Part shown: piece by piece, positions 31,740 to 42,876 of the stretch | How positions within the stretch are numbered: the stretch's first letter is position 1 | How the letters are laid out: each line of letters opens with the position of its first letter | Source: Naegleria gruberi | Taxonomy: Eukaryota | NCBI GenBank assembly: GCA_000004985.1 | Contig: GG738851.1 | DNA length: 64,000 bases | Reading direction: 5' to 3' (one strand) | Notes under the pieces: generated by a model | What the model was told of the DNA's origin: nothing | The model's input: only the letters and a program-made list of their open reading frames with translations | Databases searched by the model: none | Program-made: the position numbers and the translations under genes

Positions 31740-33623
31740 ATGAAACCCAACTTGTTTCTTCTGGCAATCTACCTGTGTGGTGTCTTGCTATTCGTATCAT
31801 CCATTGATCCGAGTGAAGAAAAGCCAACCATGATCCTATTCCACACTGATCTCAATTCATCCGATTCAAGATTGGTGTTACATGCCAATGGATCAGCCAC
31901 TGTTGAGAGAATATTTTCCATTAACGACATGGAAATGATTAAAGCCTTTGTTGATCAAGATAGGATGCAAATTAGATTGGATGGATTATCATCATGGATT
32001 GATCCGAAGAGTTTTATGGCCACTGTTCAACAAGATACAATCATGATGGACAAGATGAAACAACAAGAAATACAAGTTGATGCTGGTGGAAATCGTCTTA
32101 AGAAGGTTAATACTGATAATAATTATTTAATGTTTAAGGAACAAGTGTATACTAAAGTTCCAGATGATAGAGAAATGAAGAAGAGAATGAAAGAAAAGTT
32201 GGTCGCTGAACAAAAAGTTATTCAAAAGAAGATTGTTTCGTATGAGAATATGAAGAAGCAAATTGTAGAATCCAAGTTTGAATTGGATCAATTTGAGCAA
32301 AAGTTAAAATTGGTTGATGAGTTGATGGAACTAATGGAGAAGAATCAAATTAAAGTGGATGAATTGGAAGAGAAGATTCAAGAAATTGGAAAGACTCAAT
32401 TGTCATCTTCCATGTATTTTGAATTTTCATCAAAAGTTCCAGAATTTGTTAGGGCAGATCCAAAACCATTCATTCTTAAGATTAAGTATATTATCAGCAA
32501 GGGAAGATTCAATTGGACTCCTCAATATTTACTCTCAGTTGATAGTAGTACTCAAACTGGACAATTAATGTTTATGGCGAATGTAGTTCAAAAGACTGGT
32601 GAGAATTTCACAAATGCTCTGGTTGAATTATCGACAGATGAATTAGGACAAGCTCCAAGCATGCCAGAATTCAATCTGTTGACTTTGGATCAGACAGACA
32701 TTTACAAATATCTCCGTAAAACGAACAGTCCACACACATTTGCTGGGTCATCATTTATTAGCCTTACTTCTAAGAAACTTATGAGTGACCAAAGAAACTA
32801 TCAAAATCAATTTGAGGGTGCGAATATTGAATCAAATCAAATGGATCAAAACTCACAGGTTTCCACAGATGTTATCAGATCTACCACTTCTTACATGATT
32901 GCTGAGAGAGCTTCATTTATCACTGATTCAAATGGGTCAGACAAGACAGTTTCATTACTCATTGCCAAGATTAATCTCGAATCAAAGTGGTATCATAAAG
33001 TCATTCCAAAACAATCCTCAAGAGTCTACACAATCATGGCCATTAAGAACAAATCCAAATATCAACTAATCCCAGGTGATGTTAATATTTTCATTAATAA
33101 TGTTCTTTCCACACAATCAAGAATCAAATCAGATGTCTTTCCAGATGATGTCTTCCAATTAGATATCGGTATTGATAGAATGGTCTCTGTGAAACTCAAT
33201 GATCACAATAAGAATGAACAAGAATCAGGTTGGTTCTCCAAAACCAATTCCATCACTGAAAATTCACAAATTACCATTGAAAACAAGAAGGATGTTCCAA
33301 TCAATATTACAGTTATCAATGCTTTACCATTCACAGAAGATTGGCATACAGACGATAAGTTACAAATCATCCTCACTCAACCAAAGACAGACCAAGGAAA
33401 GGATATTGATTTACATGAAATTTTCCTTCCAAAACCAGGTCCAGATGGAAAGGACACATTCTATCCAACTGAATATCAATTCAACACCAAGGTTGGTAAA
33501 AAGGATATGAAATGCAAGATTAAAAAGAGAAATCATGCATTAGAACGAAACTTTTCCATTTCTTCAAAGGAATCAATTGTATTGCCATTGTCTTTTCAAA
33601 TGTGCGTCACTCTTGCAAAATAA
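31740..33623 (+). CDS. Secreted protein with a central coiled-coil (hypothetical), 627 aa
   Basis: The ATG ORF has a signal peptide (MKPNLFLLAIYLCGVLLFVSS) and a K/E-rich heptad-like region (ELDQFEQKLKLVDELMELMEKNQIKVDELEEKIQEI). It has no catalytic motif. Confidence 0.55.
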   Translation: MKPNLFLLAIYLCGVLLFVSSIDPSEEKPTMILFHTDLNSSDSRLVLHANGSATVERIFSINDMEMIKAFVDQDRMQIRLDGLSSWIDPKSFMATVQQDTIMMDKMKQQEIQVDAGGNRLKKVNTDNNYLMFKEQVYTKVPDDREMKKRMKEKLVAEQKVIQKKIVSYENMKKQIVESKFELDQFEQKLKLVDELMELMEKNQIKVDELEEKIQEIGKTQLSSSMYFEFSSKVPEFVRADPKPFILKIKYIISKGRFNWTPQYLLSVDSSTQTGQLMFMANVVQKTGENFTNALVELSTDELGQAPSMPEFNLLTLDQTDIYKYLRKTNSPHTFAGSSFISLTSKKLMSDQRNYQNQFEGANIESNQMDQNSQVSTDVIRSTTSYMIAERASFITDSNGSDKTVSLLIAKINLESKWYHKVIPKQSSRVYTIMAIKNKSKYQLIPGDVNIFINNVLSTQSRIKSDVFPDDVFQLDIGIDRMVSVKLNDHNKNEQESGWFSKTNSITENSQITIENKKDVPINITVINALPFTEDWHTDDKLQIILTQPKTDQGKDIDLHEIFLPKPGPDGKDTFYPTEYQFNTKVGKKDMKCKIKKRNHALERNFSISSKESIVLPLSFQMCVTLAK

Positions 33624-33768
33624 AAGGTCTTACTAGTTCAATGGTGCCTCATTAGAATGTTGAAATTATGCGTTTTCAATCAATTTCATTGTTACTCCAT
33701 CAAAGTCCGTCAATGTCCACAACATTAGTTTGCTTTCGAATTGTTTGAATTGAAATTATGAAAAAAAA

Positions 33769-34194
33769 ATGTTAGAAACAACTCAAGCTGACATTTTCAA
33801 ACCAGTCTTTGCCATGTTTGGCTTGACCATTGGTGTTTGGTTCTATTTGTACTTTAGACGAATCACATTCTTCAATCAGCAAAAAATTGATCCTGACACT
33901 GTTACTGCAGAAAAATTGAACGCAATTTCTCCGCCACAAGTTTCTAATCCCTCAGATAATTTCAAGAATTTATTCGAAGTTCCTGTTATTTTCTATGCCT
34001 TTGCTGTGTATTTATTCGTTTCGAATAGAGTGAGTGGTTTTTATTTGTGGGGTTCTTGGATTTTCGTCTTGTTTCGTCTTGGACATAGTTTAGTTCATTG
34101 TACATTCAATAGGGTTACTTTGAGATTTGCATTGTATATGATTTCAACATTTAGTTTGTGGATTATGATTGCAGTGGCAGCATTTTCATTATAA
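33769..34194 (+). CDS. Small 3-4 TM membrane protein (141 aa), family unassigned
   Basis: The ATG ORF has hydrophobic segments (FAMFGLTIGVWFYLYF, VPVIFYAFAVYLFV, LWGSWIFVLF, FALYMISTFSLWIMIAVAAF). I considered a MAPEG-like fold but found nothing to support it. Confidence 0.4.
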   Translation: MLETTQADIFKPVFAMFGLTIGVWFYLYFRRITFFNQQKIDPDTVTAEKLNAISPPQVSNPSDNFKNLFEVPVIFYAFAVYLFVSNRVSGFYLWGSWIFVLFRLGHSLVHCTFNRVTLRFALYMISTFSLWIMIAVAAFSL

Positions 34195-34331
34195 TAAAGC
34201 TATGCATGAAATGAAACTAATCAAAATGAAAGAAAGTTTACAACAAGATTCTTTCGGAAAATTAATGGACAATTTCATAGCTTTTAAGGACGGGAAATTT
34301 CTCCTGGATTGTGTTTTTAAACAGTTTCAAT

Positions 34332-35207
34332 ATGAAAAAAATGTTCAAACTATTCGAATCAAGCCAACATACCAATCTTTATTCCAAGTTTCGTCCAACT
34401 TATCCTTCCACTTTATACGACAAGATCTTTCCTCTAATTTCTTCCACAAATTCCGAAGCTGGACTAAACATTTTAGATGTTGCTTGTGGAAGTGGTCAAG
34501 CTTCCTTTGATTTGGCTCAGAGAAATTGTAAAGTTTTGATCGGAGTTGATCCTTCGAATAATCAAATCGTCAATGCACAAGAAAAATTGAAAGAATGTCC
34601 ATTAGATTCTACCAAGATTTATTTTGAAGTGGGCAAGGCAGAAGAATTAGATACTATCGTTCAAAAATATTCGAATGAATTGAAAGTGGACGAAAGTAGT
34701 GATGAGCAAGGAGTTTTTGATTTAATTACAGTTGCACAGGGTTTGCATTGGTTTGATTTCCCTCAATTCTTCCAACAAGTTGACAAGTATCTCAAGAAGG
34801 GAGGTGTTTTTGCTGCCTGGTGTTATGTTGGAAATAGATTCGACTCGGAGAAAGCTCAGCAAGTTCGTAATTCGTTTTATGATGGCGAAGAATTGAAACC
34901 ATTCTGGAGTGAGAGAAGAGAATTGGTCGATTTGGAATATAAAACTATTCCACATGTTCCTTATCCAGAGAATGTTAAATTCGATATTGAATGGAAACAT
35001 ACAAAGATGAGTATGAGAAATTATATGAATTATATTAATACGTGGAGTTCTGTCAATTCGTATGGAGAAAAACATGGTATTGAAGCAAAAAACAAATTAT
35101 TGGAAGATTATCAAAATAGATTGATGGAAGCTTTTGGTTTTACTGACATTGATCAAGAATTTGATTATCACATTCCTTATCATTTACTTACAACAAGAAA
35201 ACCTTAA
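34332..35207 (+). CDS. Class I SAM-dependent methyltransferase (Methyltransf_11-type), about 291 aa
   Basis: Motif I reads LNILDVACGSGQAS and the post-I acidic residue is in VLIGVDPS. The track ORF begins at GTG (34311), and the first ATG is at 34332. Confidence 0.75.
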   Translation: MKKMFKLFESSQHTNLYSKFRPTYPSTLYDKIFPLISSTNSEAGLNILDVACGSGQASFDLAQRNCKVLIGVDPSNNQIVNAQEKLKECPLDSTKIYFEVGKAEELDTIVQKYSNELKVDESSDEQGVFDLITVAQGLHWFDFPQFFQQVDKYLKKGGVFAAWCYVGNRFDSEKAQQVRNSFYDGEELKPFWSERRELVDLEYKTIPHVPYPENVKFDIEWKHTKMSMRNYMNYINTWSSVNSYGEKHGIEAKNKLLEDYQNRLMEAFGFTDIDQEFDYHIPYHLLTTRKP

Positions 35208-35237
35208 TTATATCTTTTGATTATGGATATTGTGTAA

Positions 35238-38172
35238 TTAGATTGTAATAAAAAGTGTAATTATAAAGAAAATAAGCAAGGAATAGGACAAGACAATTCG
35301 GCCTGTTCCAGAAATGATTATGTCATCTGCTGGAATATCTATAGGACTTGCTGGAGTTTCAGTTCGAGAAACATCTCCAGTAATCACCATACTGAAAGTT
35401 TGAATACCCTTGTTTGTTGGTTTGGCACCAACTCTGATGGCAATGGATGTATCTTTGGCAATGCCTGGAACAGTGATACCTTCAACAGTATTCAATACAT
35501 CAATACTGGTTCCATTGTTACCGAAATAATTGATACCTCCTAAACTGACAATAAGATTAAGATCATTGATTAACTTCTTTTCCTTAACTGTTGAGCTGGT
35601 TTCAACTTGGGAAGATAAATCATACCAAGTCATTGTTACCTTAAGAGTGGTGGCTGAATTGGCAACAAATTTCATTTTGATTTGTTTGTTGGCATCTAGA
35701 GAATATCTGTTGACAAGATGAATTTCCTTAATTCTGTTAACACTTGAGGGGTCAGAGTCAATCTTGAGAACATTTAACAAATCGATTCTTCCGTATCCAT
35801 TGTACTTATTTGGAGAGCCAAATTGTGAGAGAGGAACATTAACAGAGTTAATTTGAACTGTTCCTTTCATTGTATCTGCAGAATGAATGGCCATGGCCTT
35901 AACCAACGTTCCAGCCAAAGTCTGTGAAGCATCCTTATTAAAAATATTATAATCAATCAACTTTTTCTTGTTGTCTTTTAACAAGTAATGTCTAATAAGA
36001 GCCAATCCTCCAGACTATAATATTATAAAAATTAATTAGAATTACCAAAGAGAACACTTACCACTCCAGGAGTACTAACAAACCACAAAGCACAGTATTA
36101 ATATGTAGATAACAGTTTGTTAAATAATTCTATTAAAGGGTTAAAATCAGTACATACCTCATTGATGTACCAGTCATTTGCTGAACTCCACATGAATCCA
36201 CATTACTTGCACTCATTATCCCATAACCAGGGGCAACAACTAAATGGTTCAATTACAAGAATAAATAAGAAACATACTATCAGGTTTGATTCTCTCATCA
36301 TACGTAGGTCCTCTACTCGATAACCCCCAAACATTTTCAAAGTTGTACAACGTGGTCCATGCATTATTGAAGAATTTCTTATAATAAGCTAATGTTGCAT
36401 AAGAGGCTCCGACTGTTATGACATTCTTTGCAGTTGCTGGAGCTCCCAATGTCCTATCAGAAGCGGATGTACCTTCATTTCCTGCAGCCACAACCACAGT
36501 CACTTCATCATTGGCATTCAAGAATGAATCCATAATAGCACTATCTGTATCATAGGCATTACAATAGTGACAACAACGAACACCTGAATCTTTGATGCAT
36601 TGATCATCTGATATCTTTTCTTTAGTATTATCACTTTTCACAATGTAGCAATCACAATCAAAATCACACTATAATGAAATTGTTATTTCATCTTCAAACT
36701 TTTTGAAATATTGAAATACTTACAGTATATGGAAGTGCACATCCCCAACTATTGCTTGAAATTTTTGCACCTGCCTTAAAGGCATTCTTTAAATTTGCTG
36801 TTATATCTCCTACATACAGACTTCCATAGGCTTCCTTCTGGGCATCCAAAGCATAGATTTTTGCATCCTTGGCCACACCATAATTTGAGGAAACAAATTC
36901 TGAGGTTGGTATTGTCTGTGGATAGCCAGCAATAGTTCCAACTACGTGTGTACCATGTCCATTAGTATCACTCAAATCAGTCTTATCAGCATCAGCTTTT
37001 CCATAGTAGATAATCTTTCTGTAGTTAGCATTGAGAGTGGTCTTGGTGCTTGGCTCATTAGTTCCAGTGAAAAAACAGTGATCTGTTGAAACACCAGTGT
37101 CAATGACAAGAACAATTTCAGAGGCGCCAGTAATTCCGTTATCCCATAAATAAGTATAATTAGAACCACCTCCATTTTGAATTACTTGATTAGTTCCATA
37201 ATTCTTAATTTCATAACTCAATTGTCTGGAGACCATATCCACTGAATCGTCATTGGTTAAAAATTCCAGGAATGCCTGCCCAACACCTTCTGATAATTCT
37301 CTAATAAATCTTCCAAGTGATGAACTTCTTTCAAATACCTTTTGAACTTGCTCTCTCTTTGTCAAGGATTCAACCAATGGATGATCGAATTTCCTTTGTT
37401 TTATCAATTTCCAAACTCCATAATCAAAATTTGCAAGAGTGATTTGAAGTCCTTGACTATCCACATTCCAATCCATTGAAAATAAAGAGTCTGTTTGTTC
37501 TTTCAAGAATTCCTTAACCTCGAATGTGTTTCTCTTATTATTCGAATACTCTAACTGACTAATATCTTCAGACTGAATTAAAACCGATGACATTAAATTT
37601 GACATGGTTCTTGTATAAGTTGAAGAGTACCAATTTTTCAATCGATTCATGGTTTGCAACCTCTCCATTTCATTCAATTTAGTATCAAGCTTGATTCTCA
37701 AACCATAAAGTTTTAAAGATTCTAATGAAAGATTTGAAAATGATCGTTTGTCAGAGTTGGTTACCTTCTTGATCCATTCAATAGATTTCTTTGCAAAATA
37801 ACTTTTAGTGAGTTCCTTAATTTGTTGATGAGAAAGCCTTGTTGTGAAAACAGAGACATCGGAATGAAATTGAAATTCCTTATAATTTTCAACCTTCATC
37901 AATGTTGCCATTCTACTCAAAAATTCATCATTCATAACAATATAATCCCACACCTTCACATGAACCAACATTCTATTATTTAAACTCTTCTCATCAGGTG
38001 TATTCACTCTAAACTTGTTCATCAAATTTTCCTCAGTGGCGTATCGTTCTACAATAGACGATCCTTTTGCTGAGGCCTCCAAAATTGCCATCAGAAAAAA
38101 CAATAAAAACACTGCTATCAATGTGATACACACACTGATTTTTCTCGCTGAAAATTCCCGAGTCATTTTCAA
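35238..38172 (-). CDS. Subtilisin-like serine protease (peptidase S8) paralog A, 5 exons (36724..38172, 36278..36668, 36158..36239, 36062..36074, 35238..36014), about 903 aa
   Basis: It has a signal peptide and a propeptide. The Asp motif is VIDTGVSTDHC, the His motif is GHGTHVVGTIAG, the Asn motif is VVAAGNEG, and the Ser motif is GTSM|STPGV|SGGLALI (split over three exons). A C-terminal beta-rich domain ends in a hydrophobic tail. Introns are 55, 38, 83 and 47 nt, all GT..AG, and the exon sum of 2712 nt is in frame. Confidence 0.8.
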
Positions 38173-38732
38173 TAACGATGAACCTTAATGCCTTTTTTTT
38201 CAATTTATTAAAATGACTTTCCCGCGCATTTTTCCTTAATTGAATATTTTCGACCAACAGAAAGATTATGAACTTTTATTTGTTTATCTTTCGGGAATTG
38301 TTTTTTCTTTGACACCAAGATCATCATGCTTTTTCCTTTTTTTAAACTTTAAGGTCATATGCTAATGAGTTGTGCATCTACAGATATTCGAACACTGTAG
38401 ATTATTCGGTAAAGAGGTTTCGAATATTGAATCATGAAACATCTGCAAGGATGAAAAAGGGAAATCTATGAATTAATATTTTAAGTTACTGAATGACCAA
38501 ATTGAAATTAACTAGTTTTATTAGTGTGGGTTAGTAATACATTCTTTCCAAATGCATGATTTGTTTGATGCCACATCTCAGGAGATATGATTTTAAGCAA
38601 TTTGGAAAACAACTTTTTTGTGTTTTAAAGTGCTTTATTTTGAAACAACACAAGAAATCAAACAATCTTTTGATAATTAGTTGAAGATTCAGCCAACTAT
38701 GATATCTTTTCAAAGAACATCAAGTCTTTATT

Positions 38733-38972
38733 CTATAATTGTCTAATCCTTAAAATTTTCATCTCACTTTCCAGCAAGAACCGTAAAAAACCTTTCGGAT
38801 TGAAGAGGTGAATAGTAGCTGTTGTGTTCGTACGAATACGATCTGTACATGTATTACTCTCGACATGTGCTGCTCGCGTCCCAGTTTCATAAACAAAGTA
38901 TTCTATTGGAGGTTGTATGACAGGCCTTTCACCTCCCTTGATGGCTTCTACAGCTACAACCTCAAACAACAT
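38733..38972 (-). CDS. Hypothetical small ORF (79 aa) in a locally GC-richer patch; may be non-coding
   Basis: ATG ORF (MLFEVVAVEAIKGGERPVIQPPIEYFVYETGTRAAHVE..) with no recognised motif. Confidence 0.2.
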   Translation of the reverse strand: MLFEVVAVEAIKGGERPVIQPPIEYFVYETGTRAAHVESNTCTDRIRTNTTATIHLFNPKGFLRFLLESEMKILRIRQL

Positions 38973-39078
38973 TAGTCTTAATTCGTATTTTTCAGATGTT
39001 GTATGAGTATAGGGGATTACACCTTAAACTTTTTATCTCCAAACACTAAAAGAAACTAAAAAACAAAAAAACAAGACG

Positions 39079-42000
39079 ATGATATCAACTCGAAATTTCA
39101 TCTCTGTCAATTGTGGTAAGATGATTACTATCAGCTGCAGCAACCAATGTTTATCGTATGTCCTCATGTTGAGCATGCTTCTTTCCATACTTATTGTTTC
39201 AACAACTGTGGCTCAGGAAAGCTTTGTTTCAACTATTGCAGGTGGAGGTGTATGTGATGGTTATTTAGCAACTCAAGCCTCATTGGCATATCCTGGATCA
39301 CCAACTATTGGTCCAGATGGTTCAATTTATATAGCAGATAGTTCAAATCACAGAGTTCGTCAAGTTTATCCGAATGGTACCATTACTACCATTGCAGGAA
39401 CTGGAATTTCAGGTTATAATGGTGATGTCATTCCAGCAACGAGAGCTCAATTGAAAAATCCTGTATCAGTTGCTGTTAATTCGATTGGAGAAGTTTTCAT
39501 AAGTGATAATGGAAACAATAGAATTAGAAAAGTATTGACTAATGGTACAATTATTACTTTTGCAGGAAGTGGACAGACAACTTTTTCAGGAGATTATGGA
39601 TTGGCCACCAATGCAGGAATTAACTATCCCTATGGTATTGCACTCACTAGTATTGAAGAATTGATTATTTCCGATGTAAATCATAATAGAATTCGTAAAG
39701 TTTTAACCAATGGAACCATCTATACCATTGCAGGAAACAATATTCAAGGTTACAATGGAGATAACAAGTTGGCAACAAGTGCTTCCTTGTTTCTGTCCTT
39801 TGGTGTTAGTGTTGATGCAAATGATAATGTCTACATTGCGGACACTGACAATGATAGAATTCGTAAAGTTTTAACCAATGGAACCATCTATACCATTGCA
39901 GGTATTGGAAATAGTGGATTTTCTGGGGATGGAGGTTTGGCAACTGCAGCCAAGATTAGCTCTCCTGAAGGCGTTTCAGTTTCTCCTGAAGGCGAAGTTT
40001 ATTTTGCAGGTTTGTAATTCTTTCTATTCGAAACTTTAACTTTACAAGATACAAGTAATAACAGAATTCGAAAAATTTTGACAAATGGTACAATTTTAAC
40101 TGTTGCAGGAACTAGTTATGGATTCTTAGATAACACAACTGCCAGTCTTGCACTGCTAGGAAATCCTGGACAAATGTTCATTGACAAGAATAGTGGAGAT
40201 GTGTATTTTGCTGATAAAGGAAGTCACAGAATTAGAAAGATTTCTAATGGATTTATTACTTCTGTTGCTGGTTCAGGTTCTGCAACTTTTTGTGGCGAAA
40301 ACATTGCTTCAAGTGCATGTGCTTTAGCTAAACCAAAAGGTGCAGTCATTGATTCATTAGGAAATATTTATATTGCTGGTAAGTTTTATTATAACATAAT
40401 CATACGAATCCTCTTCTTTGCAATATATAGATACAAACAATAATCGTGTGAGAAAGATATCATATTTGGATGGTACCATTAACACCATTGCTGGAACAGG
40501 AAGCAATGGTTATAATGGAGATGGTATCTTGGCAACAAGTGCACAACTTAACAGACCTTCAAGTGTTGCTATGGATTCGGTTGGTAATGTGTTTGTTGCA
40601 GGTATGTACTTCTTTCTATTGGAAACTTTAAATTTCTACAAGATACAAGTAATAACAGAATTCGAAAAATTTTGACAAATGGTACAATTGTAACTGTTGC
40701 AGGTGTTGGATCTAGTGGTTTTAATGGTGATATTTTGGCAACAGATGCAAAATTGAGCAACCCTGTTTCAGTCACTATTGATTCGAATGATAATGTTTAC
40801 ATTGCCGATACTTACAATCATAGAATTCGAAAGATTTTACAGAATGGAAATCTAACAACAATTGTTGGATTAGGATCGAGTGGTTTTAATGGTGATTATC
40901 TATTATCAAACGGAACCAAATTAAACTATCCACAATCCATAGCATTTGATTCGAATGGTAACATGTATATTGCAGGTAAGTTGTTTTTTGTAAACAACTA
41001 ATCAAGTGAAAAATTGATTCCACTAATGACACAGATATGAACAATAATCGAATTAGAAAAATGTTAACTAATGGAACTATTATCACAGTAGCAGGAACAG
41101 GCGTTTCAGGTTATAACGGAGATGGAATATTGGCAACTGTTGCTCAACTCAAATATCCACAAGGAATTGCAATTGAAAATGATGAATTGATTATTGCTGA
41201 TTCTTCAAATCATAGAATTCGTAAAGTATTAACAAATGGAACAATTATCACCCTTGTAGGAACAGGTACTTTGGGATACAGTGGAGATGGTCTGGTTGGA
41301 GCCAATTCACAAATTAATAACCCATCAGGAGTCGTTGTAAAACAAAATGGTGAACTAATTGTTATTGATTCGGATAATAGTAGACTCAGATTGATTTCCA
41401 CACCTCGTCAATGTAATGGAACATTGGCAAGTGATTCAAATGTGTGTAGTGGTGTTGGTATTTGTAGTGCACCTGAGACATGTGATTGTGGAAACTTGTT
41501 TGGTGGTCAATTCTGTGAATATTCCAAATGTTTCGGTATTCTTTCGAATTCATCAAGTGTTTGTTCATCACATGGAATGTGTATTTCCCCAAATACTTGT
41601 TCTTGTAATTCTGGTTTTTATGGATTGAATTGTCAAGTTATGAAATGTTTTGGAATTGAAAGTAATGACACTTTAGTTTGTTCTGGAAATGGAAAGTGTG
41701 TTTCTATTGATTCATGCCAATGTTCAAATGGTTGGTCAGGTTCAGATTGTTCAATTCTTTCATGTTTTAATATCATGGCCAATGATACTGCTCAAGTTTG
41801 CAGTGGACATGGTAATTGCTCAAGTGTGGATAAATGTGATTGTGAATTTGGATGGTCAGGATTGAATTGTTCTGTAAACTCCACAATTCCAGAAACCAGC
41901 AACTCCACAATTCCTAATAACGACACCTCAATCAATACCAATGGTACTATTTTAAACAATTCTTCCACTACTAATGCCACTAGTTCAAATACTACCATCC

Positions 42001-42548
42001 CAACTACTAATCAAACTTCACCTCACTTGAATAATTCTTCAACAATTCCAGAAACAAGCAACTCCACAATTCCAAATAACGACACCTCAATCAATACCAA
42101 TGGTACTATTTCAAATAATTCTTCCACTACTAATGCAACTAGTTCAACAAATAATTCTTCCACTACTGATAGCAATAACAGTACACAAACAAATTCCACT
42201 CTTACTGGACAAAATTCGTGGAAATGTTTCGACATTCCAAATTCGGATTCGACAGTTTGTGGAGGTCATGGAATTTGCATTTCTCAAGATGTTTGTCAGT
42301 GTAAGGCCACTTCAGAAGATGGATATTGGACTGGATCAAATTGTACTTCATGTCAAACTAATTATTGTGGAAGTGGATGTAGAAGTAACATTTGTTCGAC
42401 CAATAATAACATGTATGCATTATTTACCTTAATGGCTGTTCCAGTAGTTGGAGGAATTGGATTAATAGCAGGTTTGGCATTTGGATTGAGATGGTGGTTA
42501 TTGAAACGTCCACAAATGATGAAAACTTCCACCCCTTCTGTAGTTTAA
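39079..42548 (+). CDS. Type I membrane protein: signal peptide, about 11 NHL repeats, 5 Cys-rich EGF-like repeats, a Ser/Thr/Asn-rich stalk and a TM helix; 5 exons (39079..40009, 40049..40378, 40431..40601, 40643..40975, 41035..42548), about 1092 aa
   Basis: Five consecutive ORFs are linked by phase-1 introns (39-59 nt; donors GTTTGT/GTAAGT/GTATGT; acceptors ACAAG|/ATATAG|/ACACAG|). Each intron sits at the same point of the NHL unit (..IAG|DTxNNRIRKxLTNGTI..), and the exon sum is 3279 nt. The EGF-like units read CSGxGxCxxxxxCxCxxGWSGxxCS. The C-terminal TM reads FTLMAVPVVGGIGLIAGLAFGLRWWLL. Confidence 0.75.
41881..42200 (+). repeat. Two tandem copies of a 159-bp coding repeat (53 aa, Ser/Thr/Asn-rich with many NxS/T sequons)
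   Basis: STIPETSNSTIPNNDTSINTNGTI(L/S)NNSSTTNATSS.. occurs twice, with the DNA copies near-identical. Confidence 0.8.
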
Positions 42549-42876
42549 AAGGAGTTTCAATAAATTATATTATTATTAATCCAATCGATTATATATTTTC
42601 GCATTTTGCAATAATCTGGCAACAATTTAAATTGTGTTGTTACATGAGAAAGATAATAATCAAAATGATAATCTATTCACTACAATATTTTAACCTTTGA
42701 AACCTTCAAGAAACGCCGGAACAAGAGAACCACCAGTTTTTCTGAAGCAAATCTTCTCGTTTCTACTTTCGCGCTTTTTTCAACGTTTCCGCCTTTTTTA
42801 AATTTTTAATTTAAAAAAATTTGGCTTCTGGTATGGCCTTTGTTATGTTGTTCCACTTGATGAAAAAAAAGCAAAG

